The notes under the pieces: model-generated
The model's input: only the letters and a program-made list of their open reading frames with translations
The model's database searches: none
What the model was told of the DNA's origin: nothing
Assembly: GCA_963812135.1 (NCBI GenBank)
Contig: CAWETU010000001.1
Coordinates: 1,408,001 to 1,472,000, forward strand
Direction: 5' to 3'
Length of the DNA stretch: 64,000 nt
Source: Vulcanimicrobiota bacterium
Lineage (GTDB): Bacteria > Vulcanimicrobiota > Vulcanimicrobiia > Eremiobacterales > Eremiobacteraceae
Part shown: one piece after another, positions 1 to 8,879 of the stretch
How the letters are laid out: the number at the start of each line of letters is the position of its first letter
Numbering within the stretch: position 1 is the stretch's first letter
Program-made: the position numbers and the translations under genes

Positions 1-1
1 C

Positions 2-97
2 CACCTCCACCCGACGCTGGCGGAGATCATCACGTACCCAGCCGAAGAGCTGTGCGAGCGGCTCGAAGGTGAGGCGCATGTCCTCGTCACCCCGTAG
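2..97 (+). CDS. 3' end of a class-I pyridine nucleotide-disulfide oxidoreductase (Lpd/MerA-like), partial
   Basis: Frame starting at nt 2 reads HLHPTLAEIITYPAEELCERLEGEAHVLVTP*; HPTxxE is the C-terminal catalytic motif of this family. Confidence 0.7.
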   Translation, partial: HLHPTLAEIITYPAEELCERLEGEAHVLVTP

Positions 98-887
98 GCG
101 CTCGCTCTTCGAACATCCCCGGCTCTACGATCTCGCATTCGGCTTCCGAGATTTCGTGGAGCAATGCGATGGCCTGCTCGCGCTTGCGGAGCGCTACGGC
201 GCACGCACGCCGAGTTCGGCGGTGGAATTGTGCTGCGGACCCGCGCATCATCTGCGCGAGCTGAGCAGCCGTGGCATGCGCGGCTACGGCATCGATCAGA
301 ACCCCGAGATGCTCGCGTATGCGCGCAGCCTAAGCCGGCGCGATAAGGCGGATGTGAAGATCCTGCGCGCGGACATGCGGACGTTTCAGCTGCCCGAGCG
401 GGTCGACATGGCGTATTGTCTCTTCGACTCGTTTTGCCACAACACGACGGACGCAGATGCGATCGCGACCCTGCGCGCCACCGCCGGAGCGCTGCGTCGC
501 GGCGGCGTGTTCATCGCCGAGCTGACGCATCCCGCCGATTTCTTCGCCGACACCCGACCGCGGGGTTCGCGTGGTCTGGGCAGATGGACGCAGCGTTATC
601 CGGACGTCTCGATCACCACGCGCTTCGCGCACACCAACGTCGATCCGATCGAAGAGACGTTTGAACCGAGCATCGAGATCGACGCGCGCTATCGCGACGG
701 ACGCAAGCCGATCCGCATCCTCGACCGCCTCCACTACCGGATCTGGCTGCCCAGCGGTTTGCGCAACGTCGCCGCGGCGAGCGGCTGCTTCGATATCGTC
801 GGCTGGCACGGCGATCTGACGCCCGGAGTCCCGCTGAGCATGCGCGATGAGGCGTGGCAGATGGTGGTCGTGATGCGCCGCCGCTGA
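78..887 (+). CDS. Class I SAM-dependent methyltransferase
   Basis: Motif I VELCCGPA, GIDQNPEML, ADMRTF; ATG at 78 (ORF track starts at GTG 69). Confidence 0.85.
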   Translation: MSSSPRRRSLFEHPRLYDLAFGFRDFVEQCDGLLALAERYGARTPSSAVELCCGPAHHLRELSSRGMRGYGIDQNPEMLAYARSLSRRDKADVKILRADMRTFQLPERVDMAYCLFDSFCHNTTDADAIATLRATAGALRRGGVFIAELTHPADFFADTRPRGSRGLGRWTQRYPDVSITTRFAHTNVDPIEETFEPSIEIDARYRDGRKPIRILDRLHYRIWLPSGLRNVAAASGCFDIVGWHGDLTPGVPLSMRDEAWQMVVVMRRR

Positions 888-1855
888 TGAAGATCGCCAT
901 CGTCGGCGTGCCCGGGTGGTCCAAACGCCTGCAGCCCAAACTCGGCGGCGGCTTTGACATCGTCGAAGTCGATGCGTCCGAGGGGGAGCAACTCGCGCTG
1001 GCCTTGGCCGACGCCGACATCGTCATCAGCGGCAGGTTCAATGCGCGCACGGCGGCGTTATGCCGCTCGCTCAAATTGCTCATCTGCCCGTGGGCGGGCA
1101 CCGAGAACATCGATCGATATGCGCTGCCGCCCGGCGTGAAGTTCGTTAACGCGGGCGGCACCGAGGAGCCGATCGCAGAGCACGTGATCGGCGTGCTGGT
1201 GGCGTTGCGCCGCCGGCTTCTCGACGCGGACCGCAAGCTGCGCGATGGGATCTGGGCCTATGGCTTTTGGGGCGGCGCGTTCGTCGAAGAGATCTTGGGC
1301 TCGACGCTGGGGCTGCTGGGCTACGGGCGCATCGGCCGCGAGGTGGTCAAGCGCGCCGCGGCGTTCGGAGTACGCTGCCGCGCGCTCACGTTGCATCCCG
1401 AACGGATCGCGGCAGCTGAGGCGGCATGCGAGGTCGGCCCGCTCGCCGATCCGGCGTCGGTCGATTCGCTCGTCGCGTGGTCCGACGCGCTCGTCATCTG
1501 CTGCGAGCTGTCGGATCTGACCCGCGGCATGCTCGCCGGCCGCAGGCTCGGATTGATGAAGCCCACAGCCGTCTTGATCAACGTAGCGCGCGCGCCGATC
1601 GTCGTCGAGCGCGACCTGTACGAGACGCTGCGTGACAAGCGCATCGCCGGAGCGGCGCTCGACGTATGGTATCAGTATCCGCGGACCCGCGGGGAACGCG
1701 CGGTACCGTCGGCATTTCCGTTTGGCGATCTCGACAATGTCATCATGACGCCGCATTATAGCGGTTGGACGGCTGCAGCGCTCGAACGCCGCGTCGAAGG
1801 CATCGCGCGTACGATTCGGTCGTTCGCCGCAGAGCCGTCGAGCGCGAGGGGTTAG
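887..1855 (+). CDS. D-isomer-specific 2-hydroxyacid dehydrogenase
   Basis: GLLGYGRIG Rossmann motif, INVARA, AALDVW, TPHYSG; TGATG overlap with the upstream gene. Confidence 0.9.
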   Translation: MKIAIVGVPGWSKRLQPKLGGGFDIVEVDASEGEQLALALADADIVISGRFNARTAALCRSLKLLICPWAGTENIDRYALPPGVKFVNAGGTEEPIAEHVIGVLVALRRRLLDADRKLRDGIWAYGFWGGAFVEEILGSTLGLLGYGRIGREVVKRAAAFGVRCRALTLHPERIAAAEAACEVGPLADPASVDSLVAWSDALVICCELSDLTRGMLAGRRLGLMKPTAVLINVARAPIVVERDLYETLRDKRIAGAALDVWYQYPRTRGERAVPSAFPFGDLDNVIMTPHYSGWTAAALERRVEGIARTIRSFAAEPSSARG

Positions 1856-2547
1856 CGGTCGATCAGCTTCCGCGCCCGCGCGAACACGCTGCCCAACATC
1901 GCAAACGTGAGCTTCCCCGTGTTCGTGTTCTGGCGGCTGGGATGGTAACTCGCCAGCAGCATGAGATCGGGCCGGCCCTCGGCGCGCAGGGCGTAGGCGG
2001 CGGCATGGCTGAAACGCGGCCGGCTCCCGCCCTCCACGGCGTAGCCGCGTTCGCGCAGCCGGTCGTACGCGATGTCGAAACCGATCTTGCCCAAACCGAC
2101 GACCACGCGCAACCGCGGTAGAAGGTCGAGCTCGGCGCGCATGTGGATCGCGCAATTCGCGATCTGCCTGGACGTCGGCTTGTTCTTGGGCGGCGCGCAG
2201 CGCAGCGCGGCGGTCATGAACGCGTCGATGAGCTCGAAGCCGTCGTCGCGGTGCGTGGATGTGGGCTGCGTGGCGAACCCGGTGTCGAAGAGCGCGCGGG
2301 CGAGCCACGTGGCCGAGCCGTCGCCTGTGAACATGCGTCCGGTGCGATTGCCGCCGTGCGCCGCCGGCGCGAGGCCGACGATCAGCACGCGCGCGTCCGC
2401 GCGACCGATGCTGGGGACCGGCTTGCCCCAGTAGACCTCCTGCGCGAACTCGCGCTTGCGCACGCGCGCGATTTGCGCGCAATAGCGGCGCAGCTCGGGG
2501 CAGCGGCGGCACGCGACGATGCGCGCGCGGACTTTCGCGAGCGTCAA
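1852..2547 (-). CDS. Uracil-DNA glycosylase family 5 (UdgB-like, Fe-S)
   Basis: CRRCPEL, GLAPAAHGGNRTGRMFTGD, RCAPP, SYHPSRQNTNTG; real start near TTG 2547, the longer ORF is shadow of the next gene. Confidence 0.9.
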   Translation of the reverse strand: MTLAKVRARIVACRRCPELRRYCAQIARVRKREFAQEVYWGKPVPSIGRADARVLIVGLAPAAHGGNRTGRMFTGDGSATWLARALFDTGFATQPTSTHRDDGFELIDAFMTAALRCAPPKNKPTSRQIANCAIHMRAELDLLPRLRVVVGLGKIGFDIAYDRLRERGYAVEGGSRPRFSHAAAYALRAEGRPDLMLLASYHPSRQNTNTGKLTFAMLGSVFARARKLIDR

Positions 2548-3575
2548 GTGCACCGCGCCGCGATGCCGAGCCGCTGCATGTCGTATGCAAGCGTCGGCGG
2601 CAGGCCTTGCTCGAGCGGACGCGGCTCGTAGCCAAGCGTAGCCTTGGCCTTGTTGTTGTCGCCGATGTAGGTGACGCCCGCGCTCACGCGCAGCGCCTCG
2701 CCGGAGAACGTCGACGGCAGCGGGAGAACCGCTCCAAGGACGTCCATGGAAGCAGCCATGGCGCGCATCATCGATGGACCGGGATGGATGCGCGGCGCCT
2801 TGATGCCCGTGGTCTTCTCCGCGAGCGCGAGCGCGTCGATGAGGGTGTGCGGCGGACCGGCGATGATGTACGATTCTCCCGGCGTGCCGCGCTCCATCGC
2901 AAGGATGTGCGCGCGAGCCATATCGTCGACGTATCCCCAGCAAAACGCGGTGCCACGCGGTGCGAGCGGCAGACGGCCTTTGAGATACAGCTCGAGCGAC
3001 GCCCCGAGCGCGCTCGTATCGCCCGGTCCGTATGCGGCGCCGGGCATGACGATCACGAGCGGTAACCCGCCGGCGATCATCGGTTCGGCGACTTCGTGAT
3101 GCGCCACCCACTTCGTGCGGTCGTATTCCGACAACCACGGGCCGCCGGCCGTGCGATAGGATTCGTCCACAAGCTTGCCGTGCGTGTCGCCATTGACGGC
3201 GAGCGTGCTCGTGTACACCCCTTTGGGGATGCGAAGCTCTTTCATCATCGCGAGGACGTTGCGCGTGCCCTCGATATTGATCGCGGCACCGGCGCCGGGG
3301 TGTCGATCACCGATCTTATACCACCCGGCGATGTGGAAGACGCCGTCGACACCGCTCATCGGCGCGCGCATGGTCTCGGCGTCGGTGACGTCGCCGGGAT
3401 GCACCGCGATGCCAAGGTCTGTGAGATCGCGGGCTTTTGCGGGATCGCGCGCGAGCGCGACGACCGAGTGGCCCGCCGACACCAATTGTCGCGCGACGCG
3501 GCCGCCGATGAAGCCCGTCGCGCCCGTCACGAAATATCTCACGCGATCGGCGTTTTGTGTCCTGACATAGGGCAC
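2544..3575 (-). CDS. NAD-dependent epimerase/dehydratase (extended SDR, HpnA/dihydroflavonol reductase-like)
   Basis: VTGATGFIG, YDRTK (YxxxK), YGPGD. Confidence 0.88.
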   Translation of the reverse strand: MPYVRTQNADRVRYFVTGATGFIGGRVARQLVSAGHSVVALARDPAKARDLTDLGIAVHPGDVTDAETMRAPMSGVDGVFHIAGWYKIGDRHPGAGAAINIEGTRNVLAMMKELRIPKGVYTSTLAVNGDTHGKLVDESYRTAGGPWLSEYDRTKWVAHHEVAEPMIAGGLPLVIVMPGAAYGPGDTSALGASLELYLKGRLPLAPRGTAFCWGYVDDMARAHILAMERGTPGESYIIAGPPHTLIDALALAEKTTGIKAPRIHPGPSMMRAMAASMDVLGAVLPLPSTFSGEALRVSAGVTYIGDNNKAKATLGYEPRPLEQGLPPTLAYDMQRLGIAARCT

Positions 3576-3647
3576 CTTTAGGGCAAAGCAGGACGCCTAC
3601 TTCGGCGACGCCAAGGCGCGGCGTTGCTTCATTTTGAAAGGAACGAC

Positions 3648-4082
3648 ATGGCAATCCGCACAGCACAGGCTCAATGGATCGGCGACAGTCGGTCCGGCAA
3701 CGGACACATGCGCGTCGGCAGCGGCGCGTTCGACGTCGCGTATTCGTTCGCGACGCGATTCGGCGACGCCGCCGGCACCAATCCAGAGGAGCTCATCGGC
3801 GCCGCGCATGCGGGCTGTTTCAGCATGGCGACCGCGGGTGCGCTGACGCGAGCCGGCCATCCGCCTACGAGCATCGAAACCACCGCGAAGGTGTCGATCG
3901 AACAAAAACCGGAGGGCTTTCGGATCACCGGCATCGAGCTGGATACCAGCGCGGTTGTGCCCGGCATCGACGAGTCGCAGTTCAAAACCATCGCAGAAGA
4001 AGCCAAGAAGACGTGCCCGGTGTCCGTGGCGCTTTCGAGCGTGCCGATCACTCTGCGCGCGACGCTCAAAAGCTCGGCGTGA
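3648..4082 (+). CDS. osmC: OsmC family peroxiredoxin
   Basis: GTNPEELIGAAHAGCFSMA and CPVS cysteines; GAAAGGA RBS. Confidence 0.92.
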   Translation: MAIRTAQAQWIGDSRSGNGHMRVGSGAFDVAYSFATRFGDAAGTNPEELIGAAHAGCFSMATAGALTRAGHPPTSIETTAKVSIEQKPEGFRITGIELDTSAVVPGIDESQFKTIAEEAKKTCPVSVALSSVPITLRATLKSSA

Positions 4083-4936
4083 TCCGCAGAGCGCGGTTCA
4101 TCGCCGGCTTGTCGTGCGCCGCGCTCGCGCCTGCGGTTGTGCAGGCGGCCGCCACGCCGCCGCCGGCCGACGTCGAACTGCCCGGGTTTTTCAAAGGCGG
4201 CCGGCCGTTCTTGCGCCTGACGTTGAACGACGGTTCGCATGCGATCGCCTGGCTCGACACCGACGGCGGCGGGTTTATCACGAAAGCGCTCGCGCTGCGC
4301 CAGCGGCTGGCTGTCGCCGGCGGCCGCGCACCGCTGCCCGCGTTTGTGGATCAACTGCCGCCGATCGGCGGAGACGGCACGCTTGCGGTGATCGATTCGG
4401 ATCCAAAGGACGTCATCTTGGCCGGCATCGACCTGCAGCTCGGCGGGTCGTGGTTCGCGGGTCGCGTGTGGACGATCGATTATCGCAACGACCAGATCTT
4501 GTGGCATCCGGACAACCACGCGGTCGCCTCCGACGCCGTCAATCCGGTCAATCTGCATTTCCCGGCCGGACCGTATCCGACGCTGCCGGTCGTCGTCGAG
4601 GGAGAATTGATCGAGATGGCGCTCGACACGGCGGCGTCGGTCGTCGAGCGGACGGGGACGGTGGCCGCCACGAGTTTCGTCACGCAGGCTCGGATGACGA
4701 AGTGGCATGCGGCACATCCCGACTGGAGCTTCCACAACATCTCGCCAGGCGTGGACCGGATCGACATACCCGAAGTCCGCGTGCTCGGCATTGCGTTGGG
4801 TGGCGTTTCGTTCACCACGCGGCCTGGAGACGACGTGTTCGCGGGCGAGACGTTGGCGGGTAAGCTCGGCTCGAACGCTTGGGCATTCCGAGTCCTTTTA
4901 CTCGACTATGTCCGCGGAATCGCGGCGTTCGACTAA
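4079..4936 (+). CDS. Secreted protein with two retropepsin-like aspartyl protease motifs
   Basis: N-terminus IRRARFIAGL (Tat-like), WLDTDGG and ALDTAAS motifs, G-x-LG closing motifs; GTGA overlap with osmC. Confidence 0.55.
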   Translation: MIRRARFIAGLSCAALAPAVVQAAATPPPADVELPGFFKGGRPFLRLTLNDGSHAIAWLDTDGGGFITKALALRQRLAVAGGRAPLPAFVDQLPPIGGDGTLAVIDSDPKDVILAGIDLQLGGSWFAGRVWTIDYRNDQILWHPDNHAVASDAVNPVNLHFPAGPYPTLPVVVEGELIEMALDTAASVVERTGTVAATSFVTQARMTKWHAAHPDWSFHNISPGVDRIDIPEVRVLGIALGGVSFTTRPGDDVFAGETLAGKLGSNAWAFRVLLLDYVRGIAAFD

Positions 4937-4939
4937 ACC

Positions 4940-5926
4940 ATGCGACTGCTGATCCTTGGCGGTACAAAATTTCTCGGGCCGCATCTCGTCGATGCCGCGC
5001 TTGCGGCCGGCCATGAGGTGACGCTGTTCAACCGCGGCAAGAACGCGCCGCCGCGCGACGGCGTCGAGTCGATCGTCGGCGATCGCGACGGCGGCCTGTC
5101 CGCATTGGATGGGCGGCGCTGGGATGCTGTCATCGACACATGCGGCTTTGCGCCGCGGGTCGTGCGCGCGTCGGTCGAAGCGCTGCGTGCGCGCGTCGGA
5201 CAGTATGCATTCGTCTCGACCATCAGCGTCTATCCCGAGACGTTCGGCGGCGGCTTCGGCGAGGAAGAACCGGTGATACGGCTTGAGGATCCGAGCGTCG
5301 AAGTGGTCACGCCGGAGACGTATGGCGGACTAAAGGCGCTGTGCGAAGGCGAGGTGATCGCCGGCATGGGTGCTCGGGCGCTGATCGTGCGCCCAGGCTT
5401 GATCGTCGGGCCGCTCGATCCGTCGGATCGTTTCACGTATTGGCCTCATCGGTTCGCGATGGGCGGCGACGTGCTTGTGCCAGGCTCGCGTGACGCGCAT
5501 GTCTCATTCATCGACGCGCGCGACCTGGCGCAGTGGATGGTCGCGTCGGCGGAAAGCGGCCTTGCGGGAACGTTCAATGCGAGCGGCTTGTATGGCGCGA
5601 CCACGATGGGGGCGGTGATCGACGCATGCGCCGAGGCCGCCGAATCCGGCACGCCCGTATGGGTGGGCGAAACGTTCTTGGTGGGAAGCGGCGTGACGCC
5701 CTGGACCGAGCTACCCCTATGGATACCGCAAGGAGAAGACAATATCGTCAAAGCGAGCTCCGCGCGAGCTGTCGCCGCGGGCTTGAGCTATCGTCCGCTG
5801 GCCGAGACAGTGCGCGCGACGCTCGACTGGACGAGAAGCCTGGGCCTGGAACGCGCGCTGCGCGCGGGACTGAGCCGCGCGCGCGAATCCGAACTCTTGG
5901 CTCAATGGAAGAGCGCTGCTGGATAA
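4940..5926 (+). CDS. NAD-dependent epimerase/dehydratase family (atypical SDR)
   Basis: ILGGTKFLG, YGGLKALCE, RPGLIVGP, DRFTYWP. Confidence 0.88.
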   Translation: MRLLILGGTKFLGPHLVDAALAAGHEVTLFNRGKNAPPRDGVESIVGDRDGGLSALDGRRWDAVIDTCGFAPRVVRASVEALRARVGQYAFVSTISVYPETFGGGFGEEEPVIRLEDPSVEVVTPETYGGLKALCEGEVIAGMGARALIVRPGLIVGPLDPSDRFTYWPHRFAMGGDVLVPGSRDAHVSFIDARDLAQWMVASAESGLAGTFNASGLYGATTMGAVIDACAEAAESGTPVWVGETFLVGSGVTPWTELPLWIPQGEDNIVKASSARAVAAGLSYRPLAETVRATLDWTRSLGLERALRAGLSRARESELLAQWKSAAG

Positions 5927-5943
5927 GACCGAAAGGCCCGCCT

Positions 5944-6843
5944 ATGAAGAACATAGCTGAGGAATGGCCCGCGCTGCCGCTGCGCGAGTGGCGCGAAACG
6001 TGCGATACGATCCACTTGTACTCGCAGATCCCAGGGAAGATCCGGCTCGCGCTCGCGCCGTTTGAGCCGGAATGGAACCACGTGCCGCTGTATGCCGCCG
6101 CGCGCGGACTCACGACGAGCCCGATGCCGTACCAGGGGAGAGCATTCGAGCTCGCGTTTGACTTCATCGCGCACAAGTTCGTCATCGCCGTCAGCGACGG
6201 TCAAGCCAAATTCATCGATCTCGGCGTGCGCCCCGCGGTCGCGGACTTTTACGCCGACGTGATGGCCGGCCTGCGCGAGTGCGGTATCGAGGTGCAGATC
6301 AACGCGAAGCCGCAGGAAGTGGCCAACCCGATCAATTTCAGCGAAGATCGCACGCACGCGTCGTACGACAAGGCGGCGGTCGAGCGCTTCTGGCGGGTCT
6401 TGATCGGCGTCGATGCGGTGCTCAAGGCACACCGCGCACCGTTTCACGGGCGACACACGCCGGTGCAGCTGTGGTGGGGCTCGTTCGACCTGGGTTACGA
6501 ACGCTTTTCCGGGCGGTGGTTGACGCCGCCGGCGAACGTGGGACTGCTCATGCGCGTCGGCGGCGACGCGGAGCAGATCAACGTCGGTTTCTGGCCCGGT
6601 GACGATCGCTTTCCGGAACCTGCGTTTTTCGCGTATGGGTTTCCGAAGCCCGACGGGGTGGAGAACGCGTCGATCAAACCGGCGGCGGCGTTCTGGAACA
6701 AGGAAATCGGAGAGTTCATGCTGCGCTATGAGGATGTTCGACGCGCGCCCTCACCTCGCGACGCGATCCTCGAATTCGCGCGCAGCACGTACGACGCCGC
6801 GGCGACCCTGATGAAATGGGATCCGGCGCTCAAAGGCGAGTAA
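5944..6843 (+). CDS. DUF5996 family protein
   Basis: WPALP..W..T..T.HL..Q..GKIRL, WWGSFDL, GFWPG, FFAYGFPKP pattern. Confidence 0.75.
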   Translation: MKNIAEEWPALPLREWRETCDTIHLYSQIPGKIRLALAPFEPEWNHVPLYAAARGLTTSPMPYQGRAFELAFDFIAHKFVIAVSDGQAKFIDLGVRPAVADFYADVMAGLRECGIEVQINAKPQEVANPINFSEDRTHASYDKAAVERFWRVLIGVDAVLKAHRAPFHGRHTPVQLWWGSFDLGYERFSGRWLTPPANVGLLMRVGGDAEQINVGFWPGDDRFPEPAFFAYGFPKPDGVENASIKPAAAFWNKEIGEFMLRYEDVRRAPSPRDAILEFARSTYDAAATLMKWDPALKGE

Positions 6844-6849
6844 GCAGCG

Positions 6850-7968
6850 TTAGTGGCGCACAGTGGCGAGCAGCGTCACCACGCCGACGACGATCTCGAT
6901 GGCGATCAGCACGATGACGATGAGCTCGAGGAACTCGCTGCGCGCGCTTTGCGCGCGGTCGATCAAATAGCGATAGACTTCATTCACGCTGTCGAGCTTG
7001 CTCTCGATCTGCCGCTGCCAGACGTCAAGCGCGAGGCGCGAGGCGACGGCGCGATAGACGCGCGCGTAGTACGCGTCGCCAACGATCTTCAGCGCGTTGC
7101 TGGCCCGGTCGGCGAGCTCCCTGATGTCGACGAGCAAATGGCCCAGCGCTTCGGCGCGCTGGTCCGCTTCGCGCCGGTGCAGCGGCCGCCATTGGCTCCG
7201 TGGCGGCAGCCCGGTGGCGTGGATGGCGTCGAGCTCTGCGTCAAGACGCGTGTCGTACGTGCGGAACTCGACGAGTTGTGAGTTCGCGAACTCGATGAGG
7301 TCGAGGAGGACCTGTGCGTTCTCGCGGCTGTCGAAGATGAACGCCGCATCCCACTGCACGACGACGAGGTCATCGGGGAAGTAGCTGAAGCGCAGGCGCA
7401 AGCTCTCGACCTCTTCTTCGGGTGAGAGCGGAAGCTGCTCGGCCAGCATGAGCGCGACGATCGCCGCGCCGTGCGCAGACACCAGCGTCGCGGCGTCTCG
7501 TGGAGCGGCGAGCTCCTCGACCGCCGACGTGAAATAGTCCTCGACTAGCGTCGCGTGCGGTTCGATCAGCGCGGGTGCGCCGTCGCGCATCACATCGGCG
7601 AGCAGCCGGCGCGCTTCGTTGATCAATCGATCGCCCTTGCGCAGGCTGATGTTGAGATCGACGAACCCTGACCACGGGCCCGAATATGGAAATGCGAAGC
7701 GGATGGAGATGACGCCGTAATCGTAGATCTTGGCGCGCGTCGTCGCAGTGATGCCGTCGAGCGTGATCGACGGGAGATTGGCGGCGAGCGGCGGTATGGC
7801 GAACTGGATGTGCTCGTGGGCCGGTGCCGCGCGCAGTATGAGCGGCGCGGGCTCAGCGCTCTCACCTGCGATTCTACCGAGTCTCGTGAGATCGATGGTG
7901 TCGGCCACATCGAAAAGGAAGCTCGCGTAGAAGGTGGCTGAGGTTATCGAGGGGGCGTCGAGCGGCAT
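6850..7968 (-). CDS. Conserved hypothetical protein with C-terminal TM helix (RMD1/DUF155-like)
   Basis: IYDYGVISIRF, D.YYARVY, LELIVIVLIAIEI C-terminal helix. Confidence 0.55.
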   Translation of the reverse strand: MPLDAPSITSATFYASFLFDVADTIDLTRLGRIAGESAEPAPLILRAAPAHEHIQFAIPPLAANLPSITLDGITATTRAKIYDYGVISIRFAFPYSGPWSGFVDLNISLRKGDRLINEARRLLADVMRDGAPALIEPHATLVEDYFTSAVEELAAPRDAATLVSAHGAAIVALMLAEQLPLSPEEEVESLRLRFSYFPDDLVVVQWDAAFIFDSRENAQVLLDLIEFANSQLVEFRTYDTRLDAELDAIHATGLPPRSQWRPLHRREADQRAEALGHLLVDIRELADRASNALKIVGDAYYARVYRAVASRLALDVWQRQIESKLDSVNEVYRYLIDRAQSARSEFLELIVIVLIAIEIVVGVVTLLATVRH

Positions 7969-8073
7969 GCGGGCATTGTCGCCGCGCTGACGGCGAGAAT
8001 CCTCCTTTGACATGGTGCGCGGGCAGGACAACGCCGTTCTCCCAACAAGTCCGCGGGAGAAGAAGGAGCGCAC

Positions 8074-8871
8074 ATGCTGAACACTTCCAATATCGGCTTG
8101 CTATCCGTTGGCATCTGCGTGGCCATCATGATCGCGGGCGCGATCGGATATCTCGGTGCGAGGCGCCTGGCCGCAAAGCCGGGCCCCGATGACGCGCCGT
8201 TCGGCATCCTGCAGGCGGCAGCGTTCGGCATGGTCGGCCTGCTGCTCGGCTTTTCGTTTTCGCTGGCGGTCGCGCGCTTCGATCAGCGGCGCCAGATCAC
8301 CGTCCGCGAGGCCAACGCGATCGGTACCACGATTCTGCGTACCGATCTGCTCAGGCCGCCGGTCGCGCAGCAGATGCGCGAGCTGCTTCGCAAATATGTG
8401 GAAGCGAGAATCGAATACGCCGCGGCCGGCACGCATGCAGAGGAGCGGCTGGTTCCCGGCCGCCGCAGCGACGAATTGCAACGCCAGATGTGGGCGTTGG
8501 CGGTCTCGGAGTCGCGAAAAGATACGCACTCGACCATGGTGGCGCTCTTCCTGCTCACGATGAACGAGACGATCGACATCAGCTCGGAGCAGGCGGCGGC
8601 GCTCGACGCGATCATCCCGCCGTCCGTGCTTGCGATCGTCATAATCGTCGTCATTATTTCGGCTTCGCTTCTGGGCGCTAGCTTCGGCAGGGCTGGGCGC
8701 TTCGACTGGTTGGCATTCTTGCTCTTCGCAGTAATGCTCGCGCTCGTTATCGGCACGATTTTGGATCTCGATCGCCCGCAAGGCGGCCTCATCAAGATCT
8801 CACTCGCGCCGTTGCAGGCAGTCCAAAAACTGCTGGAGCCGGCGCCGGTTTCGCCAACCCCGAGACCGTAG
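8074..8871 (+). CDS. DUF4239 / bestrophin-like membrane protein
   Basis: LLLGFSFS..RFDQRR..EANAIGT, DLDRP..GLI; AAGGAG RBS. Confidence 0.75.
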   Translation: MLNTSNIGLLSVGICVAIMIAGAIGYLGARRLAAKPGPDDAPFGILQAAAFGMVGLLLGFSFSLAVARFDQRRQITVREANAIGTTILRTDLLRPPVAQQMRELLRKYVEARIEYAAAGTHAEERLVPGRRSDELQRQMWALAVSESRKDTHSTMVALFLLTMNETIDISSEQAAALDAIIPPSVLAIVIIVVIISASLLGASFGRAGRFDWLAFLLFAVMLALVIGTILDLDRPQGGLIKISLAPLQAVQKLLEPAPVSPTPRP

Positions 8872-8879
8872 ACTCCTTG

